In this document: one piece after another, positions 44,604-59,429 of the stretch
Layout of the letters: each line of letters opens with the position of its first letter
How positions within the stretch are numbered: the stretch's first letter is position 1
Assembly (NCBI RefSeq): GCF_009914755.1
Contig: NC_060925.1
Origin: the human T2T-CHM13v2.0 reference genome, Homo sapiens
Strand: one strand, 5' to 3'
DNA: 64,000 bases
Position numbers and translations under genes: made by a program
The notes under the pieces: generated by a model
What the model saw: only the letters and a program-made list of their open reading frames with translations
Databases searched by the model: none
Told to the model about the DNA's origin: nothing

Positions 44604-46655
44604 CTGTAGGACTGAACATTATGTTCACTGCACTCTGATTTTCTGTAGGTACAGTTCAAAGCCCTAAAGGAGTCTGGCTTTTACTATCTTTCTTAAAAAA
44701 AAAAAAAAGTCAAAAAAATTCAAAAAAGGGGATGATACTAGCCTTAACATGTACCTGTCAATGTTATGGATATTGTCATAAAAAGGTATCTTTTAAAAAT
44801 CAGAACAGAGACTTAATTTTTTAAATCTTAAGGTTTGTAGAATGTTTCTAGGATAGGATATTAAAAATGATTGAAACCCATGCATGGTGTTAGACAATTT
44901 TTCTAATTATTCCATTGAGTCAGTTTTTTGTGATTAGTGATTATCAGAGCAAACATCATGTAGATAGCACAAGTATTTGGAGAAACGTTGTTTGTTTTGT
45001 TACCAAAATGTTGGAAAAATTTATTTCAATACCTTTTAGATTTCATAAAGTGCAGTGTATATAATGCCTACTGAAAGACTGTAAAATATTGAAATTTTCT
45101 TTCAAGCAAAGTGTAAAAAAATATATTGAGCCTGTAAATTGCTCTGTGACTAGACTTCATTGTCGTCTTAATATATTCTTGCATGTGCATATATATACAC
45201 ACATGTGTATATATATGTGTGTGATTATGTGACCTATGCAATACAAATTATGGGAATGGGCAGCTTTGGAGTATATATCCCATAATTCTTTTTTCAGGAA
45301 TAGTTGCAGTATTTACACAGCAGCATTTCTTCTCAGGCTTTTATTGGGTGCTGTTGCTTGCTATGTATGAAGAGAAATGTGTCAGACAAGTTTAGTGTGT
45401 TCTGAAGAAGGGTGTGAACAACAGTGTTCATGGGCTTTTAGAATGCTTTTCACTTTTAGTCCTTGTAACTCAGCTGTTCAGTACCTAAAACAAATTCAAA
45501 TAATATGAACATTATCTCCTACTAGAAGTAACGTTTTCAAGTTTTCATGGCACATTATGATTGTAAATGTCTCTCATTTTTAACAGTAAGTCTATAGGAG
45601 TCCCGTGAAGATTCCTGAAATGTCTGTAGTAACTGTTAGTCATGTTTGAATAAGTGTAGTATGAACAAAGTATTTTATTGCACAGGGTTAACAAACAGTA
45701 TGTTGCCAGCTGAGGCTACTGCTGTTTTATTACAACATTACCTCTTGTTTTTATAAAGTGTACCAAGATTTAAATTGATAACTTTATTTTACTTGTAAAA
45801 AAAAAGTTTCTTTTATCACCAGTGTTACAGTTGTCTTCTGTTTCTTTTTGTTTTGTTTTATTTGTTTTCCTTTTTAGCCAAAGAGTGAACAGAAGATTTT
45901 CTTATTTTGGTGGCTATTCATTTTACTTTTAAAAGTGATTGGTGGATTTTAGACTAATTATGGGGGAATTTGCCACCAAAATAAAAAATATGTAAAGTGT
46001 AGTGATTACAGAGTGGTTAAAATGTGGGTTAGTACTTATTTATTCCATTAATTGATTATTTGACTGTTTATAAAGAAAGTTGCTTTATTTCTTTAAACAT
46101 CTTCAAAAGATGATCCTTTCTTGTCACATTATAGCCAAAAGAAGCAGAGAACTTCATTGTCTGCATTTGGTTCCTGGTTGGCCAGGTATAAATGAGCTTT
46201 ACAAAAGTGCAAATTAAAAACTGTTACTTCTGTTTACCTCCACCAAAACTTGATTTTCCCCTAGCTATTAATTTAAGGTTGCCTTTCCTGCAGCTGCAAT
46301 ATTTTGAATAACACACAGAGTTTGTGTTGATTTTTGAATGTTTGTTTATATCTAGGGGTAATGAAAAATGTAAATCCCGTGTATCCTTATTCACTCCACC
46401 TGTATCATATTATTTCATTTTCCCCAAAGTCCTTTAATTCTAACTGAACACCAGCAGTATTTTTAGAAATTTTTCTTTAACATACTTGGAAGATGATTTA
46501 TCCAGCTGAACTGTCTTTAGACGTAATTATTGTGAATGTCTGTTTTATTTTCTCATGGTGGTTCACATGGCTCTGATGTTCAGTTTGTATTTTTGGAATT
46601 GCTTTACTTAGAAATTAAAACAGACCAACATTAAATGTGTGTATTTTTTAAAGAG
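44604..46655 (+). other. MTF2: MTF2 3'UTR (end approximate)
   Basis: Repeat-free AU-rich stretch after the stop codon, ending just after tandem ATTAAA hexamers and before a GU/U-rich tract. Confidence 0.75.
46614..46635 (+). terminator. Putative MTF2 distal poly(A) signals (ATTAAA x2)
   Basis: ATTAAA at 46614-46619 and 46630-46635, followed by gagttttgcttctgtatttg. A more proximal AATAAA lies at 45980-45985. Confidence 0.65.
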
Positions 46656-47006
46656 CTAATGAGTTTTGCTTCTGTATTTGCTTGAAAATACACACTAGTG
46701 CAGTAGTTGACTGCTTTTATTTAGCTAGGGTGGTAAGGATTTTCTAATTCCACTGCTAGTATGTTCACTTGAATTAATCTTTATAAAACTTTGCTTTCAT
46801 TTTCTTCATCCCTCTTATAATATTAATAACTATCACATGTTCATCTTAAGTGGTCTTAAAGTACGTTTAGTGAGCATGTACACTTTATATTTGAAAGACA
46901 ATATATCTCTATTGTGTCCCCAAACTTTAAAAAATTCAGACTTAATTTTCCAACTATGTTTGCTTCTTACATAGAATTGTTAGGGTTCATATAAAAGGAT
47001 TTCCTG

Positions 47007-47315
47007 GGCCAGGTGCGGTGGCTCACACCTGTAATCCCAGCACTTAGGGAGGCCGAGGCGGGTGGAACATGAGATCAGGAGATTGAGACCATCCTGGCTA
47101 ACACAGTGAAACCCCGTCTCTACTAAAAATGCAAAAAAATTAGCCTGGTGTGGTGGCAGGCGCTTGTAGTCCCAGCCACTCGGGAGGCTGAGGCCGGAGA
47201 ATGGCGTGAACCCTGGAGGTGGAGCTTGCAGTGAAGCAGTGAGCCAAGATCGCACCACTGCACTCCAGCCTGGGCAACAGAGTGAGACTCCGTCTCAAAA
47301 AAAAAAAAAAAAAAA
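47007..47315 (+). mobile_element. AluY
   Basis: accatcctggctaacac and gaatggcgtgaaccc diagnostics. 14-bp TSD aaaaggatttcctg. Confidence 0.93.
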
Positions 47316-49151
47316 GGATTTCCTGTACTTTTAAAATAAGTTTTGCCCCTAGGCATATAAAAGATGTGGAAACAATATACCTTACTCATTGTAATTCCAT
47401 TTTTATTCAAAACAAATACATTTTTATAAATATTCTGCTACTAAGTGATAAATGTGTATTCCTAGACCCTTAGACCACCAAACTAGAGCCAGAATATAAG
47501 CTATCAGAGTTACTCTATAAATTCTAATATAGGGGTGATGAAGCCAGCTCTTGCTACATATATTCTTTACTAAATATTTAACAGAATTGAATGTTCACTG
47601 ATGTGTTAGAGTTGAAGGTGCCCCCGGCTTTTTTTTTTTTTTATTTGCAAGATATGTCCAAGTATGCATGGTTGTTTTCTATAATGTGTATGTTGAGTAT
47701 ATCTCTATTATCTGTGTTGGGGGTAGAACTAACTGTTTTGGGCCACTTTATTGAGTTTCTACTAGGTACTATTAAATTTTGGTTGGAATATGATCTGACT
47801 TAGGCAGTTCTACCAGACTGTTTTACATTGTGGTTCTAGAGTTGTTTGAATGAGGATGTGATGACAAAGAAGATGCTCATGCAGCGTTGGGAAACAGTTT
47901 TGTTTTTTTGTTTTTTTAAGCCCTGTTTTTGTGGGGAGATTTTTCTTAGTTATATTTGAGTACCTCAATGAATGTACACATCACAGTCCCCTTTGGTTTT
48001 TTTTCTGTGGCAGTTGATCAGTCATGTTCAGGAAAATAAAAACTGGACAGTGAAATGTAAGGTAAGAACTTTATCTGATTATGGATTCTTTTCTAATTGG
48101 CAGCAGTTAGAAAACCAGACGTCTGTCTGATACACATTTGGAGATGGAAGAAGCTATGAAAGCAAACTAATAGGTTCTCTGTAAAACAAGTAGATGGGCT
48201 CCAGGTACAATATTTGTAACTTTTACAAAAATGTCTTGGAGTAATAGCTACATTGAAATATTATGCTTTTTTCCTCTTCCCTCCTCTCATTTCTGCTCAA
48301 CAAAATCCCTCTTTGCTAGCTCCCCTGGCGGTTTTCTCTTTGTTGGAGATGATAAGTGTATAAACTGTATTCTTAGTAACTTTTTATTTGTCCTGCATCT
48401 TCAGAAAATGTGATGTGTCATTCAAGATACCTTTCCCTGGATTTAGGCAAGGAAACAAACAAACCATTTTAACTTTCACAGATGATAAAATATATTTTTG
48501 GATAAAAATATATCCTGCTCGGAAATCAGTCTGTTTTCTATTCTTTGTATTTACTAAAAGGCGTCTAATCCATTTTTTCTCCTAACCCTATGACATGTAT
48601 TCCCAGTGTGGGTGATCACATCCATAAATGGGCAAAAATTTGTTTGGGGAGGGGACAAAAAACCTTAGATAATGGTCCGTGGCCCTCCAAAGTCCAACCC
48701 ATCCAACAAAAATCTTTATGTCTTAGTATTGCTCTCACTGAATTTTCTTAGGTGTCACACAGGCAGCTTTGACATTCAGTTAATGGAACTATATATAAAA
48801 TATGTATAATATCAGTGCTACAAAACCACGGCAAATGGATGACTGTGCTTTGAAAGACTGCTTGATCTTTAAAACGTATTGTGAGAGGTGGTTTGCACAT
48901 GCCTGTTGGCTGTCACTGGCACCCTTGTGGATATTTATGTTTGATCCTCAGTGCTTTTATGTATGGCCTGGGCTTGAATAATTAAATAAAATTAGTTTGT
49001 ATTTTATTATTTTAATTCTAACCAAGGTTATTTACCCCATCATTAAATGTCAAATGCTAAAAAGAAAAAATGTTGACAATATCTGAATGAATCTCTAGCA
49101 GCTAGTTAAAAGTAATTTTTTCATATCAAGCAGAAGTTAAAAGTAAGCTCA

Positions 49152-49482
<331 letters not shown>

Positions 49483-51511
49483 GAAATTAATTTTTTTCAA
49501 ATGTTTTACTTTTGCTAGAAAATAGGATTTTTGAATGATTTTTTTAAAATTGGTTGCATTGCTTTTCTGAATTTATATGAGTTGCTAATTTACATGTGTA
49601 ATTTGATACATTATAAAATGTTATAAATTTAAGTCAAGTAAGTTAATAGCATCCTGGATTAGTAATGTATCCTTAGTGACAGATTATAATTAGTGTTTTA
49701 ATCAATAAGTGGCACTTGAATATGTTGTCATTAATATTGTAAAATGTAAGGGTTTTTTTTTGTATACAGAATTTGGGATGACAATAAGCCGATAAGAGAT
49801 TTTGTGAGAGGTATCCTTGAATATTAGCTTTTTTGCTTGAGGAGACATGGAAGCTTAAGGAAATGAAGCTTGTTGGAAAGAGTTTTGGAAGGGAAAGCCT
49901 GTGGGTTCATCAAAGACTTGTGGAAGCATGGTTTTGGTTTCTGTATCCCTTTGTCACCAAGTTCCTGCCAGAATCCAAGAGCGTATTCTGTAACAGGTCT
50001 GTTGATTTTTAAAAGGTTTATTGTAATTTTGCATAACCTTCTATCTTGGATATTTTGTGTTATTTTAACTTGCTATGAATTTTCCAATGAAGAATTGTGT
50101 CATTAGAGACCCATTCTTTATAAACTATAGTTTGTTCTGTAAGCAACTTTTAAACCATCTGAAGACCAGAAACATTGAAAATACCTTTTCGTTGAAGCAT
50201 TTCCTAGAAGGTATTAAATATTTCATGCTTTTAAAAACACCATTTTTATAACATACTAACCTTTCCTACCTTTCTACTGAGAGATTATGAAGATTCATTA
50301 TTGTTCATTGCTATAACATGTTGTGCTACTCACGGGAATCTGGATGTAGGTGGGGGAATCTTACCCTTAACACTTAATGACTTAGGCTAGGTGGTGCTTT
50401 TATATTTTTCTGCTTTTCACATATCTTCTGTTGGAATCCCTATGTTAATAATCCATGTTTATTTATTCATAGTGCACTGAGCAGCTTTCTACTCTCCCAC
50501 ATAGCTTCTGAACATTATTAATTAATTTGTTACAGGCTGGAAAGAATTAAGGCTTTCTGGGACAAGTAATCACATGAATAAAGTTCAAACCTTTTACAAA
50601 CCACAGTTCTGATTTTTTAGACTATGAGGGTTTGAGAGTGATTTACTTCTGAAAAAATGTAAATGGCTTAAAAATATTGTTCACCACTGGAAAGATATTT
50701 TTTTCAGTTTGTTATTCTTGCTTTCTACTTTATGAAATATAAGTGGTTGAGATATTTAGAAATGTGGCTGCTGGATAATTAAGCTGTGACTATAATGTAG
50801 GCTAGAGTAAGTTGATTATTTTGTAGCTCTCTAATTGGTCTTCACATTTCCTTAACACATGTCCAGACACAAACTGCCTGGCCAAACAGCACCGTGGTTT
50901 TCTGTCAACTGAGAGGTAGTGTAAGAGTACTGCTAGTGTTGGCTCATGTATGCTGTGTGTTGTTATGAGAAAGAAAAAACAGTGTTTTGCCTAGTAGGGA
51001 CTTGCCAGATAAGAATAGTACTATTTTAGAGAACAGCAAATTGCCATGACATGGTTTTGTTTCATGTATATATTTAATAGGCATAAAAGAGGCCCAAAGG
51101 AATAGAATGGAGATGTTATTAGAGTAGCAATTCAATATTAATTCCTACTACTTTATAGGTTAAATGGATACAATAATTGATATTAGTAATTTGCTTAACT
51201 TTTTAGTCCTTTAAGTGCTGAAATTGTTTATCTACAACTAAGAATGTCAAGCTTCAAAGAATTATAATTAATTTCTAAGATAATTGTTTTACCAAATTCA
51301 AGTAATATTTATTAAATTTGATTTGTTTCATGATCTTGGGTAAATAACTAAATATGTAAAATTAAGTTACCTGTACTGGTTTGCTTTTATATGGAAGGTA
51401 GAATTTAATTGGTTTTAGTAGGGTCACTCTCTATATTTTTGAAATAATTTTCAAAAATTTGAAAATATTTTAAAACTAAGGACTTAAAAAGTACTTGAGA
51501 CTTAAGTGCAC

Positions 51512-51550
<39 letters not shown>

Positions 51551-51722
51551 GAGATGGTCTCGCTCTGTCACCCAGGCCGGAGTGCAGTGGTGCGATTTCG
51601 GTTTTTACATGTGGCAACTCTTTGAATAATATTAAATATTAACCTTGGACCTACTTAGCAGTTTCTTGAAAGCAGTGTTCTCAGCCTTTAGTGTTTTTAA
51701 AGGTAGTTATATGTATATTTAA

Positions 51723-52395
<673 letters not shown>

Positions 52396-52681
52396 TTCAA
52401 GTGGTTTTAAATGTAATTTACATTTATTTTGGGACACTTTCTAAAGAACCTATATGTTGTTTGTTATAATCAAATTTTATCTGCTACTTGAAGATGCTAG
52501 TTTTCATAGAAAAGCAGAATTAACAAAACAATCATTTATATTTGGAATTTGAGGTCTACATTTTTGGTTTAAGCTCATGGCAATTATTTTTGTAATTCCT
52601 TTAGCATACTCTGACTTAAAAAAGCCCAAGCTGGATAACTTAGAAATAAAGCATAAAGGTAAAGGGAAGAACTGGATTAAA

Positions 52682-52968
<287 letters not shown>

Positions 52969-53067
52969 TAAAATTCTTTATAGAGAATAAGCAAAATATA
53001 AGGCCGTATCTAGTATTAATGTCCAAAATGTGTAACCTCACCATTAAGAACATTAAGACATAGATTG

Positions 53068-53391
<324 letters not shown>

Positions 53392-53459
53392 TCATAACAT
53401 AGAACTTAATTAGGATCATTCTCTTTAGAAATTGCATGAATTTTAAAAATTATTGTCTA

Positions 53460-53846
<387 letters not shown>

Positions 53847-54044
53847 TTAACACAAGACATTTTAAGAGGTTGCGCTGAACAACATAAAATGAGTCACTGC
53901 TTTATAATCAAAATCCTGTTCATCATAAGTACAGGCAAAGTATGGTTTTCATTAAATAAAACTCAGAAATGTTTATTTCTTAACTTCATTATTGCTATTA
54001 TTTCTAAAAAATTTTTTCTGGGGCTCTGCTATTGAGGCCTTTGT

Positions 54045-54476
54045 TTTAATTTCCTAGAGCTGCTACAAGTTGCCAAAAACTTGGCAGCATAAAATAGCAG
54101 CAGTTCGTCAGAGTTCTAGAGGCTAGAAGTCTAAAACTGAGTTTGTGTCAAGGTTGGTTCCTTCTGGATACTCTGAGGGAGAATCCCTTCCATGCCTGTT
54201 ATTGTTTCTGGTTGCAGCTGGTAATTCTTGGACATATAAGTCCAATTTCTGCCTCCATCTTTATGAGGCATTCCCCTATTTCCAATCTTCCTCTCCTTTT
54301 CTTATAGGGCAACAGTCATTGGATTTGGGGCCCATTCTAAATGCAGGGTGATCTTATCTGGAGATATTTAATTACATGTGCAAAGACCCTGTTTCCAAAT
54401 AAGGTTACGATGACAGATACTGGGAGTTAGGACTTGGATATATCTTTTTCGGGGGGACACAAGTCAACTCACTATA
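54045..54476. mobile_element. MLT1-type (ERVL-MaLR) solo LTR
   Basis: Motifs gttctagaggctagaagtc, ctctgagggagaatcccttcc and gcaaagaccctgtttccaaataaggt are typical of MLT1. Confidence 0.75.
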
Positions 54477-55196
54477 GTATTACAGGATTTTTTCTTTTAT
54501 GCTTTAGTTTTTCTGAAAGTGGTTGAGATGTAAAATTCTGTGTGGTTGTATTAAGTGTTTATTCAAATTCAGCAATCATGTTTTGAATGCCTATGAGTTG
54601 CTGTGAAGAGATAGAGGAAAGATTAGGAGCCTGCCTCTGAGTTCTTAAATTATGGAAGATAGACATAAATAAACTAAATTTGAGTTGAAATTGATAATTA
54701 CTATGGAGTATCGGTACAAAGTTCCATTGACATTTAGAGTAAGCCTAAGAAAGATACCAAGGGAAAGACTTATTGAAAGGGAATTAATTCTATTTGAATT
54801 AGGCTTTGAAGGATGATAGGATCTTAACTGGCAAAAATAGGATAGTGTATTTTATAGCATAAAATCAAGGAGGTGGAATTTGGGGGGGTGGTGGTGAAAG
54901 TATTGTTTATAGTATAATAGTACAGTCTTGGAGAGTTAGGACATAAGCGTAATTGTTAAGTAACATTTGAAAACAGTAGATGACTACAGGTATCAAAATA
55001 TGTGCTGTATTGCTGGAGAAATGAGATTGATCTGGACTGCAATATTTGTTAGGTTTTACCTTGAAGGATGGGTTAGCTTGAATAGAGGCTACATAAGAGA
55101 AAATCTAGTTTCAACATGAAGGAGCAGAATAAGGCCTGGAGTCAAGAATGAGCGTGTCACTCAATATTTGAGGGCCTAGCATTTTCAAAGACATTA

Positions 55197-57454
55197 CAGT
55201 AGTCACCTCTTGTCTGTGGATTCAAGTGTTAAGTTGCATGCCATTCTGAGTAGCGTAATGAAATCTCACACAAGAGTCATCCCCTTGTCCAGCCTATCCA
55301 TGCTGTATATGCTACCTACCATTAGACACTTAATAATCTTGGTTATCCTATCAACTATTGCAGTATTGTAGTGCTTGTGTTCAGGTAACCCTTATTTTAC
55401 TTTATTGTGGCCCCAAGGTATAAGTGTAGAGATGATGGCAATTGGATATGCCAAAGATAAGTCATTAAGTCATAAACTGAAAAGGTGAAAGTACTTGAGA
55501 AGAAAATTATATGCAGAGATTGGTAAGATCTAAGGTAAGAACAGATCTTCATGAAATTGTGAAGAAAAAACATTCGTGCTAGTTTTAAGATGAAAAAGGC
55601 ATTAGCCCATTTATGCCTAGTGTTTTATTATTGGAACGTTAAGCTTGTGAGAGTTATTTATATCCTGCTGCTCAAGGTCATTGCCAAGGTCTGATTTTTC
55701 ACAGATTTTGCAACCTCCGGTATAAATGGGTTAAATTTGTGGGTGGAAGACACGAACAGAAAGAAATGTGTTCCAGCTGACGTCAGGGTGTTGCCGCGAA
55801 AGCACTGAGCCTATACAAACATTCAGCAAGGGATCTCCTGAAATGAGTGATACCAAGCCATTTGCTGCAAATAAGGGATGGTTACACAGATTCAGGAATG
55901 GGTTTGGACTGAAGTATTTAAGAATTACTGAAGAGGCTGTGTCTGTTGATGAAGAAGCTGCTGCCTCATTTCCGGCAGAGTTGAAGTTAAGGAGCAAGGA
56001 TACCATTCAAAGCAAGTCTTCAATTGCAGTGACATCAGGCTCTTCTGGGAGAAGATGCCCAATAGAACTTAGATTCATAAAAGTGCAAATGCGGCGGTAT
56101 CAGGGCATACAGCATGGAAGAACAGATTAACTCTGGTACTATATGGCATTGCTGCAGGGCATATGATAAAGCGAGGTGTAGTGTATAGAGTGAAGAACCT
56201 ACATGATCTCGAAAACAAAACAAAATATTATGTGTCTTGGCAACATAATCAGTGTGGGTGACAGCCATTTTTATGGAATGGTTCCACCAGTGCTTCATCC
56301 CAGAAGTGCAAAAATACTTGAAAGAGAAAGGGTTAGAATTTAAAGTATTAATAATGGACAATACATGAATCTGTCTGCTATGAAAATGAAAATGTTGAGG
56401 TGGTATTTTTACCTCCAGATAAAACCTCACTGCTTCAGTCCCTGAACAGGGCATCATTCGGTTTGTCAGGGCCACATACAACTGCCTGATATTTGAACAC
56501 ATTTGGTCAGCAATTGCTGCAGACCCTAATACGTATATAATGCAGTGCTGGATATCATTCACTATTGCTCATGTGATAACATTCATCAAAGCTGCAGTGG
56601 ATGAATTAAAACCAGAAACAGGTAAATACCTGCTGGAAGAATGTGGAATTATATATATGATTTAAAGGCTTCCTAGGGACCCATGGCAAGTTTAAATCAT
56701 GTAGCAAGACAAGACAATCCTTCACAGAACTTGTGAAGAAGGATTTGCTGATGTGCTTGATGAAGAGCATATCAAAGGCCATCACGAAGTGTTAACAAAT
56801 GAGGAATTGGAAGAAATTTTTGAGTCATCTGCAGAGGGAGAGGAAGATTAAAAAAACTGAAGCAGAATAGCCAACATAGACATTAATTAAACTTGCCGAA
56901 GTGTTTTGAATTGCACAGACATTAAACAACAGAATTATAGAATACGATCCTCAGATGAGACACAGCATTAAAGTTACCAATATGATCACCAAAGGATTAC
57001 AGTCTCTGCAGCAACACTTCGATGAGCTGAAGAGTCAACAACTTCTGGTTACAGTGTTCTTCCAAAATTTTTCAGCAAAAAGACCCCAAAATAGAAATCC
57101 TTCACCTATTGAGGATCCCCAACCATCAACATTGTCTGCTCCTTAACCATCAACATTACCTTGGCTCAGTGATCCAGGATTACCCGAAGTTATTTTGATG
57201 ATAATGTAGCCTAACTACATCACTTATACCTACATCAGTCACCTCATTTCATCTCTTCATGTAGGCATTGTATGACATCTCACAGCCTCACAAGGGTGAG
57301 TACAAGATATTTTGAGAGAGAGAAACCACATTTGCATAACTTTTATTACAATATATTGTTGTAATTGTTCCATTTTGTTAGCTATTGTTAATCTCTTAAT
57401 GTGCCTAATTACAAATTAAACTTGATCGTAATTATGCATGCATAGGAAAAAACA
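55197..57454 (+). mobile_element. Tigger7 (MER44-related TcMar-Tigger DNA transposon), decayed, right TIR missing
   Basis: Begins TA|CAGTAGTC (TIR remnant). Transposase remnants include FAANKGWLHRFRNGFGLK (CENP-B-type HTH) and broken DDE-region motifs. The 3' end resembles MER44 and is cut off by an Alu fragment. Confidence 0.85.
55606..55730. mobile_element. MER85 non-autonomous piggyBac (PGBD3-derived MITE) nested in Tigger7
   Basis: TIRs CCCATTTATGCC / GGTATAAATGGG, flanked by TTAG and TTAA. Internal sequence matches the MER85 consensus as I recall it. Confidence 0.88.
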
Positions 57455-57619
57455 GGCCGGACATGGTGGCTCACGCCTGTAATCTCAGCACTTGGGAAGT
57501 TGAGGCGGGCACATCACTTGAGCTTAGGAGTTCGAGACCAGCCTGGGCAACATGGCGAAATTAATTAGTCAGAAATATGTATATACCAACATACTAATAT
57601 GTTTCAGCTATAAATACTT

Positions 57620-58170
57620 CTAACATTTCACATGTATATTTATGTAATCACCACAATCAAACTACAGAACTTTTCCACCACAAGGCTCCCTTTATAGCCA
57701 CATTCTCCTTCCCTTCAGTCCCAAGACCTGGCAACCACGAATCTTGTTTCCCATCTCTATAGCTTTATTATTTAAGAATGTTACAAAAACAGAATCATAC
57801 AGTGTGTAAAACTTTAGGATTGTCCCCCCAAACCACCCAAGCATAATTCCCTTGAGGTCCATGCAATTTGTTACATGTATCAGTAGTTTGTTCCTTCATA
57901 TTACTATTTAGTATTCCATGGTGTGGACATACTAAACCATTCACTCTTTTTGAAGGACATCCAGGTTGTTTCCGGGTTTTGGCTATTATAAATGAAGGTG
58001 CTATGTAACATTTGTGAATGTTAAGTTTTAACTTCTCAGGGATAACTGTCAAGTAGTACAAATGCCAGTTATATGTTAAATGTATGTTTAGTTTTATAAG
58101 AAACTGCCAAGAATATTTTCCACAGTGGCTCTACTATTTCATATCTCACCAGCAACGTATGAGTGGTCCA
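57620..58170 (-). mobile_element. L1M 3'-end fragment
   Basis: Minus-strand ORF contains IAPSFIIAKTRKQPGCPS (L1 ORF2 C-terminal-like) with 3'UTR motifs. Confidence 0.75.
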
Positions 58171-59429
58171 CTTATCCAATTTCTCTTGCATCCTAGCAAA
58201 ACAACTCTAAAATTTATCATTTGGAACTGCCTTTTCTTTCTGCAATGGTATTACGTGTCCTTTTAGAATTGAAATCAAGGGTAGAAAGGTTAGATTTAGT
58301 CCAGCCTCCCATTTCATATTAGCTGTAGTAACAATCCCCTTTACAACATTTGATCATTATTGCCACTTAACACTTCCAGGATTAGGGAGTAGTATCTTTC
58401 TTTCTGAGGGAGTTTATATCAGTTTGGGTAACAGATTCTCATTGTTCATTTTACTGCTTTCCTATTTCTTCCTCATCTTCCATAAAAGGCACAATAATAA
58501 ATCTAAGCTTGTTAAAACAGAAACAAAAACAACACAAGTACTAAAACGAGGGTTTTTGTTTGTAAAACTGTCAATTAGGATTTTAATTCATGGTCAGTGA
58601 AGACCTTCAGGATTTTCCCTGCCCTGCATTTTCTTGCCTTTTTCTTTCAGATGCAGGGATCCAGAGTCCATCTCCATTGTGCCCTGTCTTATGTAACATC
58701 ATCCTAGCTCTAGATTCTTTAATTGGTGTCCTTTCCCCAGACGTACATTAGGTGTATGGCTCCAGGTTATGACAACAGCCTTCCAGAAGCCTTAGACACC
58801 TGAAAGTGATAGCAGTGCAGAAGCAGAAAGGTGCCTAAGGATTTCTACCAGCTTGTGGTAGAAGAGTGGCTTGTCTGGATGGTTTGAGGGAAATGACCAA
58901 ATAATAACCTACCTACACCAAGCATTGTACTTTTCCTATATGCTAACAAGTTTTAAGATGTTTCTGAACAAGTTTTAAAATATTTCTGAAAATGAAATAG
59001 TCTCAAAGGAGTTTTGATTTTGCAAGATCACTTAGCAAATGATCCAAGGATAACTGACAGGATTCTATATTGTGTTGGTTGAAAATTAAGAATCCTGAGC
59101 CATATTCCAGACCTGAATAATCAATTTCTGGGGTGAGGTGGAGCAGGTAAGTTCCCTGGGTGCTTATTTAGCATACCAAACTTTAAGAACTGATTATCTT
59201 TCCTTTCATATATTTTGAGCAAAAACTGTACCTTTTAGGAACAGTGCATGTTTAGGCAACAGGTGAATAAGTACATATAGAAACAGAACTCCAATGCAAA
59301 GTAGAGTGATGTACAATAAGAGGTGTAGAGAGCTATGGGGTTTCAAAACAGGAGGAGAGAGCACATTATTAACTAAATAGAGATGAAGGAAGGCTTTCAG
59401 GAGTAGACAGCATTTACAAATGACTGGCA

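Noticed and set aside
55768-56562. 120-aa (+) and 175-aa (-) ORFs as a possible domesticated transposase or antisense gene
   Set aside because: Fragments of a frameshifted, stop-ridden Tigger7. The minus ORF is its antisense shadow.
58945-58988. 22-bp imperfect tandem duplication
   Set aside because: Ordinary slippage product with no functional cue.
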